The position numbers and the translations under genes are program-made. The notes under the pieces are model-generated. The model was not told the DNA's origin. It saw nothing but the letters and a program-made list of their open reading frames with translations, and made no database searches. Below are positions 1-9,283 of a stretch of DNA of 64,000 bases, in pieces. Source of the stretch: an uncultured delta proteobacterium (GTDB lineage Bacteria > Desulfobacterota > Desulfuromonadia > Desulfuromonadales > JACZKF01); NCBI GenBank assembly GCA_963816395.1, contig CAWFKQ010000005.1, positions 64,001-128,000 on the forward strand, read 5' to 3'. Each line of letters opens with the position of its first letter. The stretch's first letter is position 1.

Positions 1-14
1 CAAGCTGCCGGTTA

Positions 15-342
15 ATGCGTCATTGTATTCTGCGTCAGCCCACGCGGCGCCGCCTCGTTTTCTGCCCGCTGAAGACGGTAGTGCCGATGGCGGTGCTTCT
101 GATCGGGGTGGCCGGGTACGGTCTTTCCGGCCTGCTGGCCTCGGTTCTGTAGCCCAAGCCAACCCCGGCCCCTGTTCTTACGGAGGAGATCTCGCCGGCT
201 GCCGCTGCGGTAAGCCCGGCTAACCCTATGGCCGGCGGCGGACTGGTCGTGCCGGCAGATTCCCGCCCCACCCAAGAAAGAGCCGCCGGTGGTCGAGGAG
301 GTTTTCCGCCAGGTAAAGTCGGTCGCCATTCCCGGTTTTAAT
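15..342 (+). CDS. Possible small membrane-anchored Pro/Ala-rich hypothetical protein (interrupted)
   Basis: ATG at 15 reads MRHCILRQPTRRRLVFCPLKTVVPMAVLLIGVAGYGLSGLLASVL, then an in-frame TAG, then a Pro/Ala-rich continuation. No recognisable family. Confidence 0.25.
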
Positions 343-1211
343 CAATGCAGCGGCCCCTCGTCCAGGCCGAGCAGCAGATAATCCGCCTCACCGGTGGTTA
401 CGTCCGCCTGTTCAATCCGACCGGGAATCGCCGGCAGCAATACCCGATAATTGATATCCGTTTGCTTCCTGAGTTGTTCCGGAATGCCGTACTTCCAGGC
501 ATGGCCACTGCCGGCCAGGACCACTACGGTAGTATCCGGATGGGCCTGCAGATATTCGACCAGGCGCTGGGCCATGGCGGTGTCCCAGACCATCTGCGCC
601 TCGCAAAAATTTTCAAAGCTGGCGCCCTCGTGGGCATGACTGCCCAGGGTGCGGCGGATGAAACTGCGATATTCCGGATCGACCGTGCAGCTCACCCCCG
701 GGACCTCCTGCAGTTGCTGCGGCGAGAGGGAGGCGAACCCTTCCCGCGCCACCTGCATGGTGATTTCCCGGGGGACATTGAGGCCGATGAGCGGAATGCG
801 GTCCAGGCGGGCGTACTCAAGAATTCCCTGGTATAGCGGCCACATCCCCCAGTTCTGTTCGAAGACGGAGCGGAATTTTCTTTCGCTCATTTGCCCCATC
901 ACCCACTTATCCAGGGCATCCTGACTCTCCCGGCGGACCATTTCCAGGCCGATGGCGATCCGTTTGCCGGTTTCCTGCAGAGCCTGGATTACCTGCAATT
1001 GGGCCTGATGGTGGGAGGGATGGTCGTGCAACTCGCCGATAAACACCACCCGGGTGTCCTTGAGATCGTCGACCATCTGGTCGAACGTTACAAAACGGGC
1101 GCTGGATACGTCAAGGATGTGCGCCCAACCGGCCGAAGCCGGCAGGACCAGAAAGAACGGGGACAGAAGCAGAACAAGAAGGAGTTGAAGGAATGATTTG
1201 GTCGGATTCAT
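342..1211 (-). CDS. ChaN family (heme-uptake/cofactor-binding) exported protein
   Basis: Signal peptide MNPTKSFLQLLLVLLL...ASA. Motifs VVFIGELHD..HH.AQ, IGLEM, AQMVWDTAMA and VLAGSGH...GIP are typical of ChaN. Confidence 0.85.
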   Translation of the reverse strand: MNPTKSFLQLLLVLLLSPFFLVLPASAGWAHILDVSSARFVTFDQMVDDLKDTRVVFIGELHDHPSHHQAQLQVIQALQETGKRIAIGLEMVRRESQDALDKWVMGQMSERKFRSVFEQNWGMWPLYQGILEYARLDRIPLIGLNVPREITMQVAREGFASLSPQQLQEVPGVSCTVDPEYRSFIRRTLGSHAHEGASFENFCEAQMVWDTAMAQRLVEYLQAHPDTTVVVLAGSGHAWKYGIPEQLRKQTDINYRVLLPAIPGRIEQADVTTGEADYLLLGLDEGPLH

Positions 1212-1245
1212 CGGCACTCTCCGCTGTCGAGTGGGCATTCGAAAT

Positions 1246-3315
1246 TCACTTCTGAGCGGGGGACTGCTCTGCGAACGTGCGAACCAGCGGCGAATAGGGT
1301 GCCGGCCAGATCCCTTTGGCCACATTGGTGCCGTCGGTAAAAACCAGATAGCTGTATTTTCCATAGTGCGGGATTTTCCGCACGGCGACCGCCGCCGCGG
1401 CGCTGGAGCCGGGAAGAAAAAGCCCGCTTACCCGCCCGGCTTCGGCTGGATGGGGGAGGGCGGCGAAGAGAACGGCGCTATCCCCGGCGTAATGTTTCCC
1501 TTCCAGATCGAACTCCTGGCCTGCGACTGCCAGGCCGGCCGGCAGGGCAGGGCGCAGTTGCGGGTTGGTCGGCAGACCGAGATACAGCAGATCATGCCCC
1601 GCCAGGTCGGCAGGCGAGACCTCTTTTTCCGGACGCACCTTGACCTCCGCCTGCCCGAGCGCCGGTAGCAAAAGGCGGGCCGCCTGCAGGGTTTCGGACT
1701 GCATGCCGTCGGCCGCAATCGCCAGGAGAGAAGTTGAGCCACGCAGGGAATTGACAGTTGGCGGAATCTCCGCCAGTTCCAGCCGGCGGAAGATGTCCAC
1801 GTCCGGGTCGACGACCAGGCGCCCGGGCCGGCTGGTCGCTTCCAGTCGGAAAGGCGTCTTTTCCGTCGCGGAGGCGATCACCGCCAGCACCGGTACGGTT
1901 TCCGTTTCCAGCCGAAGCGGCACCTGGAGGACATAGTAGGGAGGTTCCTGGCAGAGATTTCCGCTCACCACCCAGAGCATTGCCGGACCTCTCCTGACGC
2001 ACCTCGGACAGGCTCAGCCGCGGTGCCCCGGCGCTATCGATCCATTGATGGAAGAAGGGGTGCAGATCCGACCCGCCGGCCTGGCCGAGGGCAGCGGCAA
2101 AATCCTCCCAGGCCGCCTGCTGAAACAGCTTTTCCCGCGCAACCTGCCGCAGACCCGTCCAGAACGCCTGGTCTCCCACCCGCTTGCGTGCCATATGAAA
2201 AACCATGGCGGCCTTGCCGTACCCGACCGCCTGTTGCGCCGCCGTGGTACGGCTGACGAATTCCGACAATGGGAAATCTTTCTCCGGCGGCACCAGGACG
2301 GCGTAGTCACGCAAAATCTTCAGCCGGTACTCGCGAGCTTCTTCCGGTCCCTCCTGTTCTTTGTACAAGTGATCGGCGACATAGGTGGTCAGCCCCTCGG
2401 ACCAGTTGCCCCGGGAGTAGTTCACCCATACCCCGTTTCCCCACCAGGAATGAGCGATCTCGTGCCCCAGGCTGGTCCGGACGATGAAAGGGAGTTGCAC
2501 CACCGTGCTGCCCAGAAGAGTCCAGGAGGGGAAGCCGTAGCCGGTGGGAAAAAAATTTTCCGCCACGGCGAACTTGGAAAAGGGATAAAAGCCAAACAGG
2601 TTGCGGTAAAGTTCAAGATAGTTTTTTGCCGCGGCCAGGTAGGTGCCGGCGAACTTTTCACTTTCCGGATAGAAAAAGGTATAGACCGGCACTTGGCCGG
2701 CATCCCCGGTCTGCACCCGATAATGCCCGGCGGCCAAGGCTAGCCCTCGCACCGGGTAATCGGCCTGCCAGGTCGCGCTTCCTGGGCTCTCCGCGATCCG
2801 CCTGCCGGAAGTGACCGCAGTCATATCCGGCGGAGTCTTCACTTCCAGCCGGAAGCTGGGGCGGCTTTCCGGAAGATCGGGATACCAGCCGGCATTCGCA
2901 TCCAAAAATGCGCCATCCGGGCCGATGGCGCCGGTAATCCCATAGCCCGGATCTTCCGTATTGAGAGGGTGAGCCGGTGGTACTTCGGCAAATGTGGCCC
3001 GGTAGCGGACCTCAACCGGGAATTCCTTGGCAGTTGCTGCCTGCAAGTCTACGATCAGAAAGCCCTGGCGGAAATTCCAATGGGCATCTCTGCCCCCGAT
3101 AGCTGACGCCGAGGACTTCAGCCGTGGGGGAAAGGGAAAGCGGAAGTTGAGAGCTGCCTTCCGGTTTTACGGTCAGGACGTCATGTCCTTCCAGGCGGTG
3201 TTCGCCGGGGATCAGGGTGAGCTTGAAGATCATGATGCGTTACGGTCGGCCCCGCCCAGGCGAAAGCTCCAGGCAGGAGGCAGAGAGTCAACATGAGGAT
3301 CAGGGGATTTTTCAT
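1246..3315 (-). CDS. M1-family Zn aminopeptidase (split by frameshifts across ORFs 3181-3423, 3012-3233, 1592-3046, 1246-1980)
   Basis: Signal peptide MKNPLILMLTLCLL. Gluzincin HEIAH...WSEG motif and a YGKAAMVFHM segment. Consecutive ORF fragments join at indels. Confidence 0.85.
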
Positions 3316-3452
3316 ATTTCCCATTATACCCGAGGGCGGGGAAATGCCAGGGTAAGAAACCAAAGGTATAATATAGTAAACCTTTTCTCGCCCGGCCCGT
3401 CTAAAGTTGGAAAGAGGAATCAAGGAGCTGGAGAGCAGGACAGGAGAGAATT

Positions 3453-3923
3453 ATGAAAAGGATTGGCATCGCTTTTCTGGTTGTGGCTTTTCTTCTCGGC
3501 GGTTGCGCCTCGCCGATGGGACCGAAAGAAACCGGCGGGACTCTCGTCGGCGCCGGGACCGGCGCCCTCATCGGTTCGCAGATTGGCGGCGGCCGCGGCA
3601 CCATGGTGGCAGTGGCGATCGGCACCCTGGCCGGAGCGCTGATCGGCCAGGGCGTCGGCCAGTCCCTTGACCGGGCCGATCAATTAGCCATGCAGCGCAA
3701 TGCCCAGTACGCCCTGGAAAACACCCGGACCAATGTTCCCACCACCTGGGTCAACCCCGACACCGGCAACTCGGGATCAATCACCCCGGTGGAGACCTAC
3801 CAGACCAGCAGCGGCCAGTACTGCCGGGAATATCAGCAGACGGTTTATGTCGGCGGTGAGAAGCAGCAGGCCTATGGTACCGCCTGCCGGCAGCCGGACG
3901 GTACCTGGAAGATCGTGAAGTAG
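3453..3923 (+). CDS. RT0821/Lpp0805-type (17 kDa surface antigen) glycine-zipper lipoprotein
   Basis: Lipobox LLGGC, glycine zipper, and W.NPDTGNSG...CREYQQTV...AYGTACRQPDG.W. Confidence 0.9.
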   Translation: MKRIGIAFLVVAFLLGGCASPMGPKETGGTLVGAGTGALIGSQIGGGRGTMVAVAIGTLAGALIGQGVGQSLDRADQLAMQRNAQYALENTRTNVPTTWVNPDTGNSGSITPVETYQTSSGQYCREYQQTVYVGGEKQQAYGTACRQPDGTWKIVK

Positions 3924-3941
3924 CCGTTTACTGTACAGCCG

Positions 3942-3984
3942 AAAAAAGCTCAGGGGCGCCGATGGTGCCCCTGAGCTTTTTTTT
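3942..3984 (+). terminator. Intrinsic terminator (likely bidirectional)
   Basis: AAAAAAGCTCAGGGGCGCC-GAT-GGTGCCCCTGAGCTTTTTTT directly after the lipoprotein gene. Confidence 0.85.
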
Positions 3985-4087
3985 GGAAGGCGAGAGTGAA
4001 TCTTCCCGGCAGGGCGGCGTTTGTTTCGCCGATTCCCGGCAGCGAGCAGAGTCCCCCGGAAGAAGGCCGACAGCGGTGGGATTGACT

Positions 4088-4205
4088 GTTGGATATTCCA
4101 CAGGCAGTGGAGAATTTTCTCCTTATTCCAGCGCAGAGTGAAATTCTTGCTTCCATAAATTTCATGACTAAACGGGCACTTGGATACGTGGCATGAATTT
4201 GGAAT
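4088..4205 (+). promoter_or_regulatory. Putative sigma54 promoter (TGGCAT-N7-GAAT at 4189-4205) with paired upstream palindromes (4088-4101, 4109-4122)
   Basis: GGAGAATTTTCTCC is a perfect 6-2-6 palindrome. The same layout recurs at 7748-7864 and 14807-14911. Confidence 0.6.
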
Positions 4206-4255
4206 GTCGGTCGGGAATAATCTCCTGTCTTTTTCTATTTCTTCCGGGGGGCCGC

Positions 4256-4651
4256 ATGCCGAAAAGAAGAATTGTCCTTACCTTGGCCATTGCCGGTTTA
4301 CTCACCCTTATCCTTGTAGCCGCTTTCGTCATTCCGGGTTCGGGCAGGGGAGGGAAGTATGACCGGGCCGAATTCGTGGTCGGAAATCTGAGTTGCAGTG
4401 GATGCATCCACAATGTCCGCCAGGCACTGGAACAGCTCCCCGGCATCGGCAGAACCGAAGTCGACGTGGCGATGGGGCGAGCGAGCGTGGAGTACGATCC
4501 AGGCAAAATACGGACCGAAACGATCGCCCGTGCAATCACCGCAGCCGGATATCCGGCAGTTCCTTCTCCGCCGTTGAAGTCGGCGGGAGCGCTCAGGAGG
4601 ACAAAGCCCTCCGGAGCCGAGGGCGGTTGCGGGGGGGCCTGTTGCCGCTGA
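4256..4651 (+). CDS. Membrane-anchored heavy-metal-associated (HMA) domain protein
   Basis: N-terminal hydrophobic helix, NLSCSGC (CxxC) HMA motif, AI..AGY, and a C-terminal GGCGGACC tail. Confidence 0.85.
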   Translation: MPKRRIVLTLAIAGLLTLILVAAFVIPGSGRGGKYDRAEFVVGNLSCSGCIHNVRQALEQLPGIGRTEVDVAMGRASVEYDPGKIRTETIARAITAAGYPAVPSPPLKSAGALRRTKPSGAEGGCGGACCR

Positions 4652-4690
4652 AATTTTGCGGGAGTTACTTTTCAACCAAGGGAGAAGAAA

Positions 4691-5205
4691 ATGACCGAAG
4701 ATCGTCAGAAGAAAAAGGCACAGTTCAAAAGCGGAGAGGGGAAAAAGGGCTTCACCGGGAAAATGGCTGCTCTGGCCTTGCTGGGGGTCGCCGTTGGCAT
4801 ATCTCTGACACTTTACATGGTGCTGAAACCGGGCGACGGCCCGCCCTCGTCAAGGTGGACCATGGGGCGGTGACCATCCCGCTGGCCGAGGTAAACGATG
4901 GCAAGGCGCACTTCTACCGCTATGTCAAGGAGGGAGACCAGGTTGATTTCTTCCTGCTCAAGAGCACTGACGGCATGTTAAGGGCCGCCTTCGATACCTG
5001 TGACGTCTGCTTCCGGGAGAAAAAGGGTTACCGCCAGGAAGGCGATTTCATGGTCTGCAACAACTGCAACCAGCAATTTCGTTCCGACCTGATCAATGAG
5101 ATCAAGGGCGGATGCAACCCGGCGCCGCTGAACCGATCATTGGCCGGGGACAAGGTAGTGATCGCCGAGGCGGACCTTGCCGGCGGCGGCTTCTACTTCC
5201 GTTGA
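4691..5205 (+). CDS. DUF2318 (predicted Fe-S/metal-binding) membrane protein, frameshifted near 4845
   Basis: N-terminal TM in ORF 4691-4873. ORF 4393-5205 carries RAAFDTCDVC..GY.QEGDFMVCNNC..F....GGCNP. Confidence 0.85.
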
Positions 5206-5234
5206 CATTAACCCATTAGACGGCAGAAGCCCCA

Positions 5235-6392
5235 ATGAGACTGAGAACGATCGCCTTCAATAACCTGCGGCGACGCAAGTCGCGCTTCGCTTTCCTGGTG
5301 CTGGGGCTGATGGCTGGAATCGCCACAGTGGTCACCCTGCTTTCCCTGAGTTCGGCCCTGACGGCGGAGGCCGAGCATAAACTGGACAACTTCGGTGCCA
5401 ATATCCTGGTCACCCCGGCGACGGACGAACTGTCGCTTTCCTATGGTGGCATCAGCCTCGGCGGGGTGACCGTCGATGCGACGGAAATTCGGCAGGAGGA
5501 TCTGGCCCGCATCGGCACCATCCCGAACTGGCGCAATATTTCAGTGGTCGCGCCGAAAGTCCTGGGTGGCGTAATGATCGGGTCGTCGAGGGCATTGCTC
5601 ATGGGCGTCGACCCGGAGAAGGAATTCCGTCTCAAGCGCTGGTGGTCGGTCGAAGGGCGACCGCTCGCGCAAGATGACGAACTGGTCGCCGGCAGTACCG
5701 TTGCCCGCCGTTTCGGGCTGCACCCGGGGGATCGATTGGATCTGAAGGGAAAATCCTTCCGCATTACCGGTATTCTGCGGGAAACCGGCTCCCAGGACGA
5801 CGGACTGCTGCTGGCATCCCTTCCCGCCGCCCAGCGCCTGCTCGGCAAGGAAGGTACCGTTTCTCTGGTGGAAGTAGCGGCTCTCTGCGCCAACTGCCCG
5901 GTGGAAGATATGGTGCGGCAGATCGCCGCCGTTCTTCCTGGCGCCAAGGTCGGCGCCATTCAGCAGGTGGTAAAAACCCGCATGCACGCCCTCCAACAGT
6001 TCCGTCTTTTCTCTCTGGGAATCGCGGTAGTCGTTGTCCTCATCGGCTCCCTGGTGGTTTTCGTCACCATGATGGGCGCAGTGAAGGAGCGGACGCGGGA
6101 GATCGGCATCTTTCGCGCTCTCGGCTTCCGACGCGGTCACGTGGTGAGCCTGATTCTGCTGGAGGCTTCCTGGGCCAGCCTGCTCGCCGGTTTGCTCGGA
6201 TACCTGGCCGGGATGGGTGCGACCAGGGCGATCCTCCCCCTGCTGAGCGATGGGCATCCGCACCTGGCCTGGAGTGCTCCGCTTGCGGCTGGATCTCTCC
6301 TGCTGGCCCTGGTCGCGGGGACCATGGCTTCTTTGTATCCGGCTCTCCAGGCCAGCCGTCTTGACCCGACGGAGGCTCTGCGAGCATTATGA
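5235..6392 (+). CDS. ABC transporter permease, MacB/FtsX family
   Basis: NL.RRK.R N-terminus, large periplasmic loop containing CANC, and ERTREIGIFRALG plus PALQASRLDPTEALR signatures. Confidence 0.92.
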   Translation: MRLRTIAFNNLRRRKSRFAFLVLGLMAGIATVVTLLSLSSALTAEAEHKLDNFGANILVTPATDELSLSYGGISLGGVTVDATEIRQEDLARIGTIPNWRNISVVAPKVLGGVMIGSSRALLMGVDPEKEFRLKRWWSVEGRPLAQDDELVAGSTVARRFGLHPGDRLDLKGKSFRITGILRETGSQDDGLLLASLPAAQRLLGKEGTVSLVEVAALCANCPVEDMVRQIAAVLPGAKVGAIQQVVKTRMHALQQFRLFSLGIAVVVVLIGSLVVFVTMMGAVKERTREIGIFRALGFRRGHVVSLILLEASWASLLAGLLGYLAGMGATRAILPLLSDGHPHLAWSAPLAAGSLLLALVAGTMASLYPALQASRLDPTEALRAL

Positions 6393-6458
6393 CCTGCGGC
6401 AGCTGTACGCCTTTGCCGTCACGCCATAGCCAAATATTTTCCAAATGTGAGGTTCTGA

Positions 6459-7163
6459 ATGCCCTTTATTGAGATCGACGGTCTGGAAAAAGCCTATGGC
6501 AGCACGGGAGAACGGGTGCACGCCCTAAAGGGCATTCATCTGCAGGTGGAGGAGGGAACGTTTCTGGGGGTCATGGGACAATCGGGATCCGGGAAAAGCA
6601 CCTTTCTTTCCATTCTCGGGGGCCTTTGTCATCCAACCGGCGGCACCGTGCGGGTGGACGGCATTGATCTCTACGCATTGGGCGGCGAGCGCCTTGCCGA
6701 TTTCCGCCGGGAATATCTCGGCTTCGTGTTCCAGGCTTTCAATCTTGTTCCCTATCTGACCGCCCTGGAAAACGTCATGCTGCCTCTCGCGGTGAAAAAG
6801 ATGCCGGCCAGTGAGAAGCAGGAGCGGGCCCGACTGGTCTTGGATCGGGTTGGCCTGGCCCCGCGGGGGAAACATCTCCCCAGTCAGCTTTCCGGCGGCG
6901 AGCAGGAACGGGTGGCGATCGCCCGCGCTTTGGTCAATAAACCGCCGCTCATCCTGGCGGACGAACCGACGGGCAGTCTCGATACCGAGACCTCCACCGA
7001 TATCATGGGGCTGCTCCGCCAGTTAAATGAAGAGGGGCAGACCATCGTCATGGTGACCCACAATCCAGAGAATCGTGGCTGGTTTCATCGAATTGTCCGT
7101 CTGCGGGACGGCCTGATAGACGGTGTGACTGACGCCGCAACACCTTTCTCCGCGGTGAGCTGA
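6459..7163 (+). CDS. ABC transporter ATP-binding protein, LolD/MacB-like
   Basis: Walker A GQSGSGKST, signature LSGGEQERVAIAR, ILADEPTGSLD and VTH. Confidence 0.95.
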   Translation: MPFIEIDGLEKAYGSTGERVHALKGIHLQVEEGTFLGVMGQSGSGKSTFLSILGGLCHPTGGTVRVDGIDLYALGGERLADFRREYLGFVFQAFNLVPYLTALENVMLPLAVKKMPASEKQERARLVLDRVGLAPRGKHLPSQLSGGEQERVAIARALVNKPPLILADEPTGSLDTETSTDIMGLLRQLNEEGQTIVMVTHNPENRGWFHRIVRLRDGLIDGVTDAATPFSAVS

Positions 7164-7170
7164 GGTATCG

Positions 7171-7428
7171 ATGATCCTGGTTTTTCTGGTCCTTTTCGCC
7201 TGGCTGGCCTGGGCCATTCTCGCTGAATTGGACGTGAAGAATGACGTTCCTGCACTTGCCGGCGGCGAATGCCCTGGTTGCCATCAGGCAGTAGCCGAGG
7301 ATTGGCTGCTTTGCCCCCGCTGCCGTACGCTGCTGCAGGCGACCTGCCGCAACTGCGGGCGCCCGTCGGACAGTCGCCGGCCCTTCTGCCCCTGGTGCGG
7401 CCGGCGGCATGCAGCGGAGGCATCATGA
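7171..7428 (+). CDS. Double zinc-ribbon membrane protein
   Basis: N-terminal TM followed by CPGC, CPRC, CRNC and CPWC. Confidence 0.8.
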   Translation: MILVFLVLFAWLAWAILAELDVKNDVPALAGGECPGCHQAVAEDWLLCPRCRTLLQATCRNCGRPSDSRRPFCPWCGRRHAAEAS

Positions 7429-7730
7429 AACGATTTTTCTTCTCCGCTCCGGCTGGTCTGACGCTGGTTGCGCTTACCTTCGCGGCGGTAGTTGTCTACA
7501 ACTCCTGGTCGTATTGCTGCGGGCGCTGCTCCCTGGAGGATTTTCTTATCCCGAGTCCAGGTGGATTGGCCCTGATGGCGGCGAACGGCGGCGCCCTTAT
7601 TGCTCTGGTCATTCTTCGCCGGCGACCGGCCCGCGGGTGGCGTCATTGCCAGTGCGGAGCTTCTCTCAATGGACAATGGTCTTTCTGCCCCGACTGCGGC
7701 CATCCGGTAGAGGGGGAAAATCTCCGCTAG
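7425..7730 (+). CDS. Two-TM zinc-ribbon protein
   Basis: ATG overlaps the previous stop (ATGA). Layout is TM, YCCGRC, TM, CQCG...FCPDCG. Confidence 0.7.
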   Translation: MKRFFFSAPAGLTLVALTFAAVVVYNSWSYCCGRCSLEDFLIPSPGGLALMAANGGALIALVILRRRPARGWRHCQCGASLNGQWSFCPDCGHPVEGENLR

Positions 7731-7747
7731 CCGACCGACTTCATGGT

Positions 7748-7864
7748 GAAGAATATTCTGCTCTCAGGTGTGCAATATCCTGCAGGAAAATTCTCCCTTT
7801 TATGGGCACTTACTCCAACCACACGGAACCACAGAGGTTAAAAAAAATGGCACGGAGTGTGAAT
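7748..7864 (+). promoter_or_regulatory. Putative sigma54 promoter (TGGCACGGAGTGTGAAT 7848-7864) with upstream boxes 7748-7761, 7770-7783, 7783-7796
   Basis: Matches the layout upstream of the HMA operon and copA. Confidence 0.6.
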
Positions 7865-7899
7865 TAAAGGCGGAAGGCCGATGACGATGTTGTATATTG

Positions 7900-7936
7900 G
7901 ATGTTGAAATTCATTTATCTTAATAATTTCAACATC
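7900..7936. promoter_or_regulatory. Perfect 12-bp inverted repeat GATGTTGAAATT-N13-AATTTCAACATC upstream of the cusC RBS
   Basis: Read directly from the sequence. A half-site ATGTTGAAATT is also at 14910-14920 before copA. Confidence 0.55.
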
Positions 7937-7954
7937 TAACCACAGGAGTTGAAC

Positions 7955-9263
7955 ATGCGTGCGAAATTCCGCATCTGTTTTTTTGTAATTATGCTGTTAT
8001 CTGTTCCCGGGCTGGTGCTGGCGGCGGAGGAGAGCGCCGTGAGGTCGGATCTGCAGGAGCTGATTGGCCGGGCGTCTGGCCGACAACCCGGACCTGCAGG
8101 CGGCCGAGGCCCGCTGGCGGATGAATGAACAGAAAGTCCCGCAGGCCGAGTCCCTCGAGGATCCGGTTTTTTCTCTCGGGCTGAACAACTATCCGGTCGA
8201 TACCCTGGACGGGGACCAGACGCCCATGACCGGCCGGGTGCTGCGTCTCAGCCAGAAATTCCCGTTTCCGGGAAAGCTGGCTCTGCGCGGCGAGATTGCC
8301 CGGGAGCAGGCCGAATGGTACCGCGCCGCCTACCAGGATACCCGACTGCAGTTGGTACGCATGGTCAAGGAGGTCTACTACAATCTCTATTTCTACGATC
8401 AGGGGATCGAGGTCATCGCGAAGAACATTAAACTTCTTGACGACTTCATCCACCTGACTGAGACGAAATACAAGGTCGGTACCGGACTGCAGCAGGATGT
8501 GCTGAAGGCCCAGGTCGAGCGTTCCAAGCTGATGGACCGCCTGTTCACTCTCCGCCAGCAGCGCCAGAGCGCCCAGGCCAACCTGAATTCCCTGCTCGCC
8601 CGGCCGACCGGCACCGGCATCCCGGCGCCGACTGAGCTGCAAGTGCAGGCGGTCGCTCTCACCCTGGATGCGCTGCAGGAAAAGTCCAGTACCGAGCGCC
8701 CCATGTACGCCGCCTATACCTCCCTGGTGAACAAGTATCAGGCGCAGAAGAAGCTGGCGGAGAAGGATTTTCTGCCCGACTTCAGCGTCGGCGCCGCCTA
8801 TACCATCCGCCGGGAGAACATGGTGGATGATGGTACCGATTTCGTCGGTCTGGAATTCAGCATGAATCTTCCCATCTACCGGCAGAAGCGGCATGCAGCG
8901 GTGGCGGAAGCCGAATCCGGCGTCCGCATGGCCTTGCAGCAGTACGATAATTTCCGCAGCCAGGTCTACTACAATATTCACGACACCTATGCGAAGATGG
9001 AAAAAAACGGAAACCTTATCCGCCTCTACAAGTCCGGAATTATTCCCCAGGCCAACCAGGCTTTCCAATCGGCGGTCAGTGCCTACCAGGTCGGAAAGGT
9101 CGATTTTCTCTCTCTGCTGGACAGCCTGCTGACCCTCTACCGCTACGATCTGGAATACTACCGGGTCGTCGCCGATTACGAGCGCGATATCGCCCGGTTG
9201 GAGAGTGAATCCGGGGTTGAAATCGGCCCGCCGGCCGGAGCCGGGATGCCGGTCAACCGTTAA
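7955..9263 (+). CDS. TolC-family outer-membrane factor of heavy-metal RND system (CusC/CzcC-like), frameshift near 8075
   Basis: AGGAG RBS and a signal peptide from ATG 7955. OMF motifs NPDLQAA, SQKFPFPGKL, Y.VG...QQDVLKAQ and YQVGKVDFLSLL. First gene of a CBA operon. Confidence 0.88.
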
Positions 9264-9283
9264 CCTTTGCTGGAAGTAGGTCC

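Noticed and set aside
148..152. In-frame TAG as pyrrolysine or stop-codon recoding
   Set aside because: This is a single case in an unverified ORF. TAG serves as a normal stop elsewhere (3923, 23148, 41813, 45457).
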